Assembly: GCF_000018465.1 (NCBI RefSeq)
Contig: NC_010085.1
Location: forward strand, 360,001-392,000
DNA length: 32,000 bases
Reading direction: 5' to 3'
Source: Nitrosopumilus maritimus SCM1
Lineage (GTDB): Archaea; Thermoproteota; Nitrososphaeria; Nitrososphaerales; Nitrosopumilaceae
A program made the translations under genes and the position numbers. The first letter of the stretch is position 1; each line of letters opens with the position of its first letter. Below, piece after piece: positions 24,229 to 32,000 of the stretch. The notes beneath the pieces were generated by a model. That model was not told where the DNA came from. It was given only the letters and a program-made list of their open reading frames with translations, and did not search any database.

Positions 24229-24908
24229 TGGCAGATAAGAGAAAATACGTTATCCCAGGTGATGTTGTAACCACAGGACCTTTCAGACCTGAACAAAACA
24301 CAGTACTTGAAGGAAATAAAATAATCTCAACAACAATTGGTATTTCTGAAATTTATGATGACTCTGTTCGTGTAATTCCACTAACTGGAAAATATATTCC
24401 AAAAATTAATGATCTTGTAATTGGCAAAGTCAACTCCCACACATCCTTGTCTTGGGAATTGGATATCAATTCATGCTATGTTGGATTTTTGCCAGCACAA
24501 GATGTTTTTGGACGTGACTTTTCTGCTCATGCTGATGAACTTGCAACCAAACTCCGAACAGGAGATCTAGTTGCTGCAAGAATTGCAAACTTTGATAGAA
24601 CAAGAGATCCATTAGTCTCCATCTCTGATAGAGACTTGGGAAAGATTGATTCTGGCGTTCTTATGGAAATATCTCCAAGCAAAGTTCCACGCCTAATTGG
24701 AAAGAAAGGTAGTATGATTCAGATGATTGAAGAGGCTACTGATGCTGCAGTAACAATTGGACAAAACGGTTGGGTTGTAGTTTCCTGTGAATCCCCAGAG
24801 GGATTATTAAAGGCTAAAAAAGCAATTCAAATGGTTAATGAGCAAGCACACGTTGCAAATTTGACTGATCAAGTGAAAGAAATGTTAGATAAAAAAGGTG
24901 AATCATAA
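24228..24908 (+). CDS. rrp4: Exosome complex RNA-binding subunit Rrp4 (S1 + KH)
   Basis: 226 aa. VIPGDVV N-terminal domain, S1 segment GDLVIGKV, KH motif IGKKGSMIQMI. Overlapping stop/start codons (ATAATG and TAATG) at both ends. Confidence 0.92.
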   Translation: MADKRKYVIPGDVVTTGPFRPEQNTVLEGNKIISTTIGISEIYDDSVRVIPLTGKYIPKINDLVIGKVNSHTSLSWELDINSCYVGFLPAQDVFGRDFSAHADELATKLRTGDLVAARIANFDRTRDPLVSISDRDLGKIDSGVLMEISPSKVPRLIGKKGSMIQMIEEATDAAVTIGQNGWVVVSCESPEGLLKAKKAIQMVNEQAHVANLTDQVKEMLDKKGES

Positions 24909-25642
24909 TGGGTGGACGAGAAGCAACAATGGTCCTTATGGACGAAAATGGAAAACGTTGTGACGGACGTACAGTTGATGAACCACGTCGAATTATGATT
25001 AAAGCTGGTGGACTCAAAAATGCAGATGGTTCATCTTACATTGAATTTGGTGATAACAAAATTCTAGTTGGAGTATTTGGTCCTAGAGATGTTCATCCAA
25101 AACACATGTCTGATACTGACACTGGTATTTTGAGAGTTAGATATCACATGGAACCATTCTCTGTTGGTGAGAGAAAGAATCCTGCACCTTCAAGAAGAGA
25201 GATTGAAATTTCCAAAGTAATCAAAGAAGCATTAGAGCCTGCAGTCATGTTAGAAAAATTCCCAAGAACTGCAGTTGATGTATTTATCGAAGTTTTACAA
25301 GCAGACGGTGGAACTAGATGTGCCGCACTTACAGCAGCATCTGTCGCACTAGCTGATGCTGGAATTCCAATGAGAGATATGGTTGCAGCAATTGCTGCAG
25401 GCAAAGTTGCAGATACTGTGATTCTTGATGTTAACAATGAAGAAGACCAAGCAGGTCAAGCAGACATGCCAATTGGTTACATGCCAAATCTTGAAAAAAT
25501 TACACTATTGCAATTAGATGGCGTTCTTACTCCTGAAGAATACAAAAAATGTATTCAAGTTGGAGTTGATGGATGCAAACTAGTTTATGAATTACAAAAG
25601 AAAGCACTCAACGACAAATACTTTGGAAACAAGGGAGATTAG
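24908..25642 (+). CDS. rrp41: Exosome complex exonuclease Rrp41 (RNase PH domain)
   Basis: 244 aa. DGRTVDEPR, GSSYIEFGDNKILVGVFGPR and LQADGGTRCAALTAASVALADAGIPM. Confidence 0.93.
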   Translation: MGGREATMVLMDENGKRCDGRTVDEPRRIMIKAGGLKNADGSSYIEFGDNKILVGVFGPRDVHPKHMSDTDTGILRVRYHMEPFSVGERKNPAPSRREIEISKVIKEALEPAVMLEKFPRTAVDVFIEVLQADGGTRCAALTAASVALADAGIPMRDMVAAIAAGKVADTVILDVNNEEDQAGQADMPIGYMPNLEKITLLQLDGVLTPEEYKKCIQVGVDGCKLVYELQKKALNDKYFGNKGD

Positions 25643-25644
25643 AA

Positions 25645-26463
25645 ATGACATCACATACAGTTATTGACGAACTAAAGAGAAACCAAATTCTTGAATTATT
25701 AGAACAAGGAAAAAGAGTAGATGGTAGAGCTCTTGATGAATCAAGAGAAGTTTCTATTGAAACTAATGCCATTCCAAAAGCAAACGGTTCTGCAAGAGTT
25801 CGATTAGGCGATACTGAAGTTGTATGTGGCGTTAAAATCCAACCAGACAGACCTTTTCCAGACACTGGTGACAAAGGACTTTTCATTTGTACTGCTGAAC
25901 TATTACCACTTTCACATCCTACAGTTGAAACAGGACCTCCGGGACCTGAAGTAATTGAACTAGCTAGAGTTGTTGATAGAGGAATCAGAGAAAGTCACAT
26001 GATTGATGTATCTCAATTAGTTATTGAAAAAGACAAATCTGTAATTGGTGTCTTTGCAGACAATGTTGTTGTTGATTATGATGGTAATCTATTTGATGCA
26101 TGTTCTTATGCTGCAACTGCCGCATTACTCTCATCAAAAAGTCCTAAATGGAATTGGGTAGACGACGCACCTGCACTAGTTGAAGGTGAAGAAGTTGATG
26201 TTCCAATCACTACAATTCCTGTATCTGTAACCATGGGAAAGATTGGAAATCACATCATAGTTGATCCTAATGGTGATGAATGGGCAAGTATGGATGCAAG
26301 AATTACAATTACTAGTGATTCTGATGGAAACATCTGTGCCTTACAAAAAGGTGGAGATGATGGGTTCACACAAGATGAAATCGTTCAATGCGGTGAAATC
26401 TCAGTCAGAGTAGGCGCAAAAATAAGAGAAAAATTAAAAGCAGCTCAGCAAGGAGGTCAGTAA
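25645..26463 (+). CDS. rrp42: Exosome complex subunit Rrp42 (inactive RNase PH-like)
   Basis: 272 aa. RVDGRALDESREVSIE, NGSARVRLGDTEVVCGVK. Position after rrp41. Confidence 0.92.
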   Translation: MTSHTVIDELKRNQILELLEQGKRVDGRALDESREVSIETNAIPKANGSARVRLGDTEVVCGVKIQPDRPFPDTGDKGLFICTAELLPLSHPTVETGPPGPEVIELARVVDRGIRESHMIDVSQLVIEKDKSVIGVFADNVVVDYDGNLFDACSYAATAALLSSKSPKWNWVDDAPALVEGEEVDVPITTIPVSVTMGKIGNHIIVDPNGDEWASMDARITITSDSDGNICALQKGGDDGFTQDEIVQCGEISVRVGAKIREKLKAAQQGGQ

Positions 26464-26464
26464 A

Positions 26465-26677
26465 ATGGCAAAGGGCAAGAAATCACTCAAAGGTCTTGGT
26501 GCAAGATACGGAATTAAAATTAGAAAACAATATACCAAAATTCATCTTCAATTAAAAGAAAAAAGAGCATGTCCTGAATGTGGTTCTAAAACATTTGGTA
26601 GAGATGCAGTAGGAATTTGGTCTTGCAAAAAATGCAGCTTCAAAATAGCTGGAACCGCATATGACGTTAAAGTTTAG
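26465..26677 (+). CDS. rpl37ae: 50S ribosomal protein L37Ae (eL43)
   Basis: 70 aa. GARYGIKIRKQ plus a zinc ribbon CPECG...CKKC. Confidence 0.93.
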   Translation: MAKGKKSLKGLGARYGIKIRKQYTKIHLQLKEKRACPECGSKTFGRDAVGIWSCKKCSFKIAGTAYDVKV

Positions 26678-26906
26678 TGCAAAAATTACAGTTGATGCAA
26701 AAGACAAAACAAAAGCAATTTTTGATTCAGTAAATACCGATAACGAGTTTTATCCTGAAAACCCTGTAAAGACTGAAATCAAACTAGACAAGAAAATGAC
26801 AATTTCTGTAGAATCTGAGCATCTTCCCCACTTGAGGGCTAATCTCAACTCTACCTTGAGATTGATTCAAGCAAGTAATGAGACTATAGAATCGGTAAAG
26901 ATATAA
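26661..26906 (+). CDS. pcc1: KEOPS complex subunit Pcc1-like
   Basis: 81 aa. The ...MTISVESEHLPHLRANLNSTLRLIQ pattern matches Pcc1/CTAG (LRAsLNS.LR). It sits in the exosome superoperon and overlaps L37Ae by 17 nt. Confidence 0.7.
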   Translation: MTLKFSAKITVDAKDKTKAIFDSVNTDNEFYPENPVKTEIKLDKKMTISVESEHLPHLRANLNSTLRLIQASNETIESVKI

Positions 26907-26929
26907 TGAAACAAAAATTGTGATAAATA

Positions 26930-27319
26930 ATGTCAGCAGGACAAATGCCACCATGGCTTCAAGAACAATTGATGAAATTACAACAATCTCAACAAAATCT
27001 CCAATCTATCATGACTCAAAAACAACATCTTGAGATGGAAAAGGCAGAAACTGAGAAGGCCCTTGAAGAATTAAAGAAAGTTGGTGATGCTGATGCAGTT
27101 TACAAGCAAGCAGGAACAGTCTTGTTAAAATCAACAAAAAAGGAACTCGTTGATGAATTAGAAGAAAAACAAGAGATGGCAAAAACCCGTGCAACAGTAC
27201 TTGAAAAACAAGAAACACGTGTCAAAGAAACTCTCAAAGAACAAGAATCCAAGATCACTGAAATGATGAAGAGTGGATCTCAAGAACCTCCAAAAGCAGA
27301 AGATAATCCTAGAAAATAA
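26930..27319 (+). CDS. pfdB: Prefoldin beta subunit
   Basis: 129 aa coiled-coil / beta-hairpin / coiled-coil layout (LQEQLMKLQQSQQNLQSI...VYKQAGTVLLKSTK...LEKQETRVKETLKEQE). Conserved superoperon position. Confidence 0.88.
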   Translation: MSAGQMPPWLQEQLMKLQQSQQNLQSIMTQKQHLEMEKAETEKALEELKKVGDADAVYKQAGTVLLKSTKKELVDELEEKQEMAKTRATVLEKQETRVKETLKEQESKITEMMKSGSQEPPKAEDNPRK

Positions 27320-27371
27320 TCTCAAAAACCATTTTCATATAAGATATTAACAATTCTTTTCAAAGGTATTT

Positions 27372-28058
27372 GTGAATTTAGAAAACCTCCGAATTATTGT
27401 AGATGAAAGGGAACGCAAAAGTGGAATTCCCGAATTACTAAAATCAGTTGGCCTTAATCTTGAGATGAAGACTCTTCCAATCGGTGATTACATTGTTGCA
27501 CCTGAAACTGTTGTGGAGAGAAAAAGCATTCGTGATTTGATGGCATCCGTATTTGATGGAAGACTCTTTGATCAATGTACTAGACTAAAGGAGCATTTTG
27601 AGAATCCTGTTGTACTAATGGAAGGAAATGTAGATGAGATTGAAGAGATTACAGAAAACCCTTTGATATTTTATGGTGCAATCTCTACCGTGGTTCTTGA
27701 TTTTAAAATTCCAGTAATTCCTACTCCTAGTGCAACACATACTGCTAAGTTGTTAGTATCGATGTGTTCCAGAAAGGATGCTCCAAAAGGGCCTTATCTT
27801 AAGAAAATAAAAAAATCATCTGATTTAGAGAGACAACAATTATCCTCTCTTTGCAGTTTACCTGGAATTGGAGAAAAGTTTGCAATAAGGATGCTTGAAA
27901 AGTTTGGTACTCCTCTCAAAGTATTTACCGCAACTACTGCAGAGCTATCTAAAGTTGAAGGTTTAGGAGATGCAAGAGCCAAAAAAATCAAAAAAGTTCT
28001 TGACACAAAAAGTAAACATCTCAAAAAATCAAATCAAAAAACTTTGCATGATGACTGA
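27372..28058 (+). CDS. xpf: Short-form XPF/ERCC4 structure-specific nuclease with C-terminal (HhH)2
   Basis: 228 aa. IIVDERE, GDYIV...VVERKSIRDL..S..DGRLFDQ (ERCC4 motif) and LPGIGEKFAIRMLEKFG...VEGLGDARAKKI (HhH2). GTG start. Confidence 0.88.
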   Translation: MNLENLRIIVDERERKSGIPELLKSVGLNLEMKTLPIGDYIVAPETVVERKSIRDLMASVFDGRLFDQCTRLKEHFENPVVLMEGNVDEIEEITENPLIFYGAISTVVLDFKIPVIPTPSATHTAKLLVSMCSRKDAPKGPYLKKIKKSSDLERQQLSSLCSLPGIGEKFAIRMLEKFGTPLKVFTATTAELSKVEGLGDARAKKIKKVLDTKSKHLKKSNQKTLHDD

Positions 28059-28542
28059 AACAATCGAATCTTTACTAAATAGTGGTCAAACACTGATGAA
28101 TTTGGGAAATCCAAAAGATGCACTTGTAATTTATGACAAAATTCTTGCACAGGATCCAAAACACATTGTAGCATTACTGAAGAAGGGCCATATCTTGGGA
28201 CAATTGGCTAGATATGGTGATGCCATTGTTCAATATGACAATGTTCTTTCTCAAGAAAAAAATCTCTTAGCATTACTGAACAAAGGGTTGGCTCATCATT
28301 ATTTGGGACAAGTTGATGTTGCTCTAGGTTGCTATGAGCAAGTCTTGAAAGAAAAACCAAACAACCCAACTACTCTTTACAACAAAGCATCATCTTTGAT
28401 AAAATCTGGAAGAGTTCTAGAAGGAATAGAAATCTTATCTAAAGTAATTGAATTAGATTTTTCATTCAAAGAAAAAGCAAAATTTGATATCGAATTTGAA
28501 GGAATTCGAAAACTCAATGAATTTAAAAAAATTATATCTTAA
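28048..28542 (+). CDS. TPR repeat protein
   Basis: Repeated 34-aa units (ALVIYDKILAQDPKH..., AIVQYDNVLSQ..., ALGCYEQVLKEKPNN...). I trimmed the start to ATG 28048 (MMTETIE). The track's upstream 26 aa lie inside xpf and are K-rich read-through. Confidence 0.8.
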   Translation: MMTETIESLLNSGQTLMNLGNPKDALVIYDKILAQDPKHIVALLKKGHILGQLARYGDAIVQYDNVLSQEKNLLALLNKGLAHHYLGQVDVALGCYEQVLKEKPNNPTTLYNKASSLIKSGRVLEGIEILSKVIELDFSFKEKAKFDIEFEGIRKLNEFKKIIS

Positions 28543-28544
28543 TG

Positions 28545-29024
28545 CTATTCTTTGAGTAATTTTCTTTTTAGTGGTGTGGCGCACATTGGACATTCTTTTC
28601 CTGATTCATGATTTGTTCTACATCCTGGGCAGTAATGCACCCATCTTCCAACATCCTTTATTCCTTGTGTCATTATTGATGATATCTTCAAGCCTAGGTT
28701 TCTTGCAACATTTGAAATTGCAAAATCATCACTGATTATCTCCCCCTCTAATTCAATACCCAATGCGATTACTGACAAATCTTGCTTTGATAACTGTGGA
28801 TAGTCTCCAGTGTTCTTTGCTACATCAGTAGCAGTTTTTGTTGATTCTGCATCAGGCTCTCTGATTTTGAGTCTGTTTGTTTCAAGTAAAGTTCCTAATG
28901 CGTCATGATTTTTCTTTATGTGTTTGATTTCATCATATACTAGTGATGTTGTATAGCAATCATTAGATGATCTAAATGGAACACCTGCATAAAATGCACT
29001 AGCATCTAAAATTCTAAAATCCAA
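28545..29024 (-). CDS. nob1: Nob1-like endonuclease (PIN domain + zinc ribbon), 16S rRNA 3'-end maturation
   Basis: 159 aa. PIN N-terminus ILDASAFYAG with acidic residues (DLSVIAL...ISDDF). C-terminal CPGC-x12-CPMC ribbon. Size and layout match archaeal Nob1. Confidence 0.8.
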   Translation of the reverse strand: MDFRILDASAFYAGVPFRSSNDCYTTSLVYDEIKHIKKNHDALGTLLETNRLKIREPDAESTKTATDVAKNTGDYPQLSKQDLSVIALGIELEGEIISDDFAISNVARNLGLKISSIMTQGIKDVGRWVHYCPGCRTNHESGKECPMCATPLKRKLLKE

Positions 29025-29850
29025 GTTTACTCATTTGTCTTAACCCGCGTTTTTTTAATCTGATAAACACGGCAGGTTTTTTGTATTTCTTGATAGTAAT
29101 TGGTTCTTCAAACCCTGCACTTTTTACAACTTGTGCATCCATTACAATGTTGCAATCATGAGAGCTGATTATCTCTATCTTTTCGTCTGGAACTACAATT
29201 GATTCTAATCTATACACTGGTGCAACTGGTGTAATTATCAATACATCTAAACTCTCATGCAAAATTGGTCCTCCCAATGAAAATGAATGTCCTGTTGAAC
29301 CACTTGGTGTTGCAACAATCACTCCATCCATTTTTTGTTTTACAGTATCGTTTTGGAATTTGATTTCAATTTCTGCAGTCTTTGTCAAGTTTGCTCTATT
29401 AATGAAAATTTCATTTAATGCTGGCGGAAATTCTTTTCCCCCACAAGATGCAACTACTCTTGTTCTCTTATCTAAGAAAAATTTGTCTTTTTGAATTTGG
29501 TTTAGTGCATCATCTATCTCTTCAATTGTAATTTCAGCTAAAATCCCTCTGTTTCCACCTACATTTATTGTCAAAATTGGAGTCTCATTTTCTAAATTTC
29601 TAAAAACACGAAGTGTTGTCCCATCTCCACCTAATGTGACTACCAAATCCAATTTTACCTTCTTTAATTCCTCTAATGTCTCAATCTGCTTTGCACCCTC
29701 AACTTGAATTGGTGATATGGTGTACACTTTGGATTTTTTTGCCAACAATTTTTTTGCAACATCAATTGCAGCTTTTTCAGATTCTTTGTTTCCTACTTTA
29801 CTTACCACTGCAACGTTTTGTAGTTTCAAGCAGTTTTCTAGAAATGGCAT
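29014..29850 (-). CDS. nadK: NAD kinase
   Basis: 278 aa. DLVVTLGGDGTTLR (GGDGT motif) and VATPSGSTGHSFSLGGPI. The downstream nob1 start overlaps its 3' end by 11 nt. Confidence 0.9.
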   Translation of the reverse strand: MPFLENCLKLQNVAVVSKVGNKESEKAAIDVAKKLLAKKSKVYTISPIQVEGAKQIETLEELKKVKLDLVVTLGGDGTTLRVFRNLENETPILTINVGGNRGILAEITIEEIDDALNQIQKDKFFLDKRTRVVASCGGKEFPPALNEIFINRANLTKTAEIEIKFQNDTVKQKMDGVIVATPSGSTGHSFSLGGPILHESLDVLIITPVAPVYRLESIVVPDEKIEIISSHDCNIVMDAQVVKSAGFEEPITIKKYKKPAVFIRLKKRGLRQMSKLGF

Positions 29851-29912
29851 TTACTTAAAAATGATATTTTTTTGGAAAAACAATTAATTATGAAAACAAT
29901 TGCGATTAACTC

Positions 29913-30758
29913 ATGAGTTACGCACATCCAGAAGTATTAGTTGATACGGAATGGGTTTCACAAAATCCCCCAAACGAAAATAGAAAATTAGTTGAAGTCG
30001 ACTATGATCCTGTAAATGGATATCAAAAAGGTCACATTAGTGGTGCCAGTCTTATCTGGTGGAAACGTGACATTAATGATCCAGTTACAAGAGACATTAT
30101 CTCCAAAAAACAATTTGAAGAGTTAATGGCAAAAAATGGAATTACAAAAGATACTGAGGTAGTTCTTTATGGTGACTTTAACAATTGGTTTGCAGCATTC
30201 GTTTTCTGGGTTTTCAAAATCTATGGACATGAAAATCTAAAGATTATGAATGGTGGAAGAAAAAAATGGGAATTAGAAAATAGAGATTATACAACTGATG
30301 AACCACAATTTGAATCAGTTACATATGATGCACAACCTCCAGATGAAGGATTACGTGCATATCTATTTGATGTAAGCCGTGCACTTGGAAAAGAAGATAC
30401 TGTAATGGTTGATGTTAGATCTCCAGCTGAGTTTTCAGGAGAGATTACTGCACCACCAGAGTATCCAATGGAACATGCACAAAGAGGTGGACACATTCCT
30501 GATGCAAACAATATTCCATGGGCAACTGCCGTCAATGACGCTGATGGAACTTTCAAAACAGTTGATGAACTAAAACAAAACTATGAACCAAAAGGAGTTA
30601 CACCTGACAAAGATGTAATTTGTTATTGTAGAATTGGTGAACGTTCTTCACACAGTTGGTTTGTTCTAAAGTACCTACTTGGATATCCAAAGGTTCGAAA
30701 CTATGATGGTTCTTGGACTGAATGGGGAAACATGATAGGAAACCCTGTGGAAAAATAA
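29913..30758 (+). CDS. Thiosulfate/3-mercaptopyruvate sulfurtransferase (tandem rhodanese domains)
   Basis: 281 aa with two rhodanese domains. Active-site loop CYCRIGERSSHSW (C-R-x-G-x-R type). GHIPDANNIPW. Confidence 0.9.
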   Translation: MSYAHPEVLVDTEWVSQNPPNENRKLVEVDYDPVNGYQKGHISGASLIWWKRDINDPVTRDIISKKQFEELMAKNGITKDTEVVLYGDFNNWFAAFVFWVFKIYGHENLKIMNGGRKKWELENRDYTTDEPQFESVTYDAQPPDEGLRAYLFDVSRALGKEDTVMVDVRSPAEFSGEITAPPEYPMEHAQRGGHIPDANNIPWATAVNDADGTFKTVDELKQNYEPKGVTPDKDVICYCRIGERSSHSWFVLKYLLGYPKVRNYDGSWTEWGNMIGNPVEK

Positions 30759-30759
30759 A

Positions 30760-31071
30760 ATGTTACTAGACCTCCCTGTTTTAAAAAAGGGATCTTTTTA
30801 TTTTATCAAAGATTCTGACACCGATCTTGTTATGGAAGACAAGACAAAAAGAGGCCTTACTGTAAAGGAGACCTCCGTTGATGAAAAACTAAATGTCAAG
30901 GCTGACAAAGGTATGATTCACGATATGGATGGTATTGGCCATTGGGTTCCAATTCGATGGTATTTCCCAAAGGATTCTTACGATCTTGATGCAGTTTCAA
31001 TACATGCTGAAACAATGGAAAAAAAATACACAGAATTACGTGAACTCACATGTCCTGACGATGATGACTGA
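30760..31071 (+). CDS. Hypothetical acidic protein, 103 aa, translationally coupled to the rhodanese gene
   Basis: ATG lies 1 nt after the rhodanese TAA. Ends in CPDDDD. No family recognised. Confidence 0.5.
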   Translation: MLLDLPVLKKGSFYFIKDSDTDLVMEDKTKRGLTVKETSVDEKLNVKADKGMIHDMDGIGHWVPIRWYFPKDSYDLDAVSIHAETMEKKYTELRELTCPDDDD

Positions 31072-31078
31072 TAACCTT

Positions 31079-31086
31079 TTTAAATA
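31079..31086 (+). promoter_or_regulatory. TATA box (TTTAAATA) for the ferredoxin-fusion gene
   Basis: Centred ~25 nt upstream of ATG 31108. Confidence 0.35.
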
Positions 31087-31107
31087 AAATCGATTGAGAA
31101 ATCTCAG

Positions 31108-32000
31108 ATGTCTTTACTTCTCAAAGATCGAGTTTGGTCAATGGAAGCCCCTACTGCAAAACGTGGAGTTTATCCATTACATGGATTCAAACTTGGATTG
31201 TATAGATTGCCAATTAATCTTGAAGATCCTAATGAGATAAAATCAGTCCATGATGGTCTCAAAAAGGCTTTTGAGATGGACAAGTACGCTGATAGAGTTT
31301 TTGCAACATATCGCTGGACTGAACAAAACATGGATGATCCTGATGCAAAGGGATACGAAGAAGTAGAACTATCAGTTACAGTTGAAATTGTCACTGGTGA
31401 AGTTGTAGATATTATTTATCAGATTTTCCCAATTGAAAAGTTCGGTGATCCTAATTGGGTCAAAGATTATAGAAAGAAAGCAGACCATTTTGCAAAAATG
31501 GTAATTGATACTATTTTACGTAACACTATCTTGGCAGACAAGATGATTTCTTACTTTGCAAAAGCAGAAAAAATTTCTGAAGTTGCAGCTATTCAAAAAC
31601 TTGAAGACCTTACTCCTTTAGCAAAGATTGTTCTTGGTGCAAAACCAAAACCAGTTGAGGCTACTGAAGAAGCTGAAGAAGAAGATGAAGGTGATATGGA
31701 GATTCCAGATGGTGCAAAGCCTGGACCAATTGATGTTGATTACAAACAAAAAATGAAAGCATCTACAGCATATGAAGCAGCAGAACACACAATCAAAACT
31801 TGGGGTAGAAAAGGCACCAGTAATGGAATCATGGGTGTTTGGGGAGAATTTGTTTCAGTAGATTATGATATTTGTGTAGCAGATGGTGGATGCATTGAAG
31901 CATGCCCAGTAGGTGTGTATGAGTGGTTTGATACTCCTGGAAACCCTGCATCTGACAAGAAACCACTAATGTCAAAAGAACCTGATTGTATATTCTGTCT
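31108..32000 (+). CDS. Partial CDS (runs off the window): unknown ~200-aa N-terminal domain, acidic linker, then a Sulfolobus-type (zinc-ferredoxin-like) dicluster ferredoxin module
   Basis: Not in the ORF track because no stop is reached. My translation is open for 297 codons. The C-terminal part, HTIKTWGRKGTSNGIMGVWGEFVSVDYDICVADGGCIEACPVGVYEWFDTPGNPASDKKPLMSKEPDCIFC, aligns by eye with the Sulfolobus ferredoxin as I recall it (...[36 protein letters not shown]...ACIFCMAC). C-x2-D-x2-C-x3-CP is the 3Fe-4S-type motif. Confidence 0.8.
   Translation, partial: MSLLLKDRVWSMEAPTAKRGVYPLHGFKLGLYRLPINLEDPNEIKSVHDGLKKAFEMDKYADRVFATYRWTEQNMDDPDAKGYEEVELSVTVEIVTGEVVDIIYQIFPIEKFGDPNWVKDYRKKADHFAKMVIDTILRNTILADKMISYFAKAEKISEVAAIQKLEDLTPLAKIVLGAKPKPVEATEEAEEEDEGDMEIPDGAKPGPIDVDYKQKMKASTAYEAAEHTIKTWGRKGTSNGIMGVWGEFVSVDYDICVADGGCIEACPVGVYEWFDTPGNPASDKKPLMSKEPDCIFC

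Noticed and set aside
27970-28047. Upstream 26 codons of the TPR ORF (MQEPKKSKKFLTQKVNISKNQIKKLC).
   Set aside because: They lie entirely inside the xpf coding region in another frame and are Lys-rich read-through. ATG 28048 gives a normal TPR N-terminus.
1-32000. CRISPR arrays, transposons/IS elements, prophage or known defence systems.
   Set aside because: No regularly spaced repeats, no cas, integrase or transposase-like ORFs, and no compositional island were seen. The window reads as core chromosome.

Overview
AT-rich archaeal chromosome segment, roughly one third GC by eye. Gene order and protein sequences look like a marine ammonia-oxidising thaumarchaeon (Nitrosopumilus-like); that is recognition-based inference, not a search result. 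The window is almost fully coding and is dominated by conserved housekeeping operons. These are the tail of the spc ribosomal operon (uS5-uL30-uL15-SecY-Adk-DUF106-Cmk-Cbf5), an intron-containing tRNA-Ser(GGA), an LhgO-like flavoenzyme and a D-2-hydroxyacid dehydrogenase. They continue with a two-subunit 2-oxoacid:ferredoxin oxidoreductase, CofE, and one tight operon holding two different aconitase-family dehydratase pairs (archaeal-type plus bacterial-type LeuCD). Then come RpoD-L18e-uL13-uS9, the exosome superoperon (SBDS-Rrp4-Rrp41-Rrp42-L37Ae-Pcc1-prefoldin beta), XPF, a TPR protein, Nob1, NAD kinase, a rhodanese, and a 3'-truncated (runs off the window end) ferredoxin fusion that the ORF track omits. 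I saw no CRISPR array, transposase, integrase or recognisable defence genes, and I cannot honestly name a clear novel multi-gene system. The best leads are two sub-60-aa genes missing from the ORF track: a 46-aa ribbon-helix-helix protein next to a tandem repeat at the DM13 promoter, and a 48-aa 8-Cys protein ending in Gly-Gly upstream of the OFOR. Other leads are the dual dehydratase operon, a Sulfolobus-type ferredoxin module fused to an unknown ~200-aa domain, a four-gene orphan block (13734-15700), CpG-rich codon patches inside secY, and a recurring leaderless or shared-TATA promoter geometry. All functional calls rest on motif and synteny recognition only.
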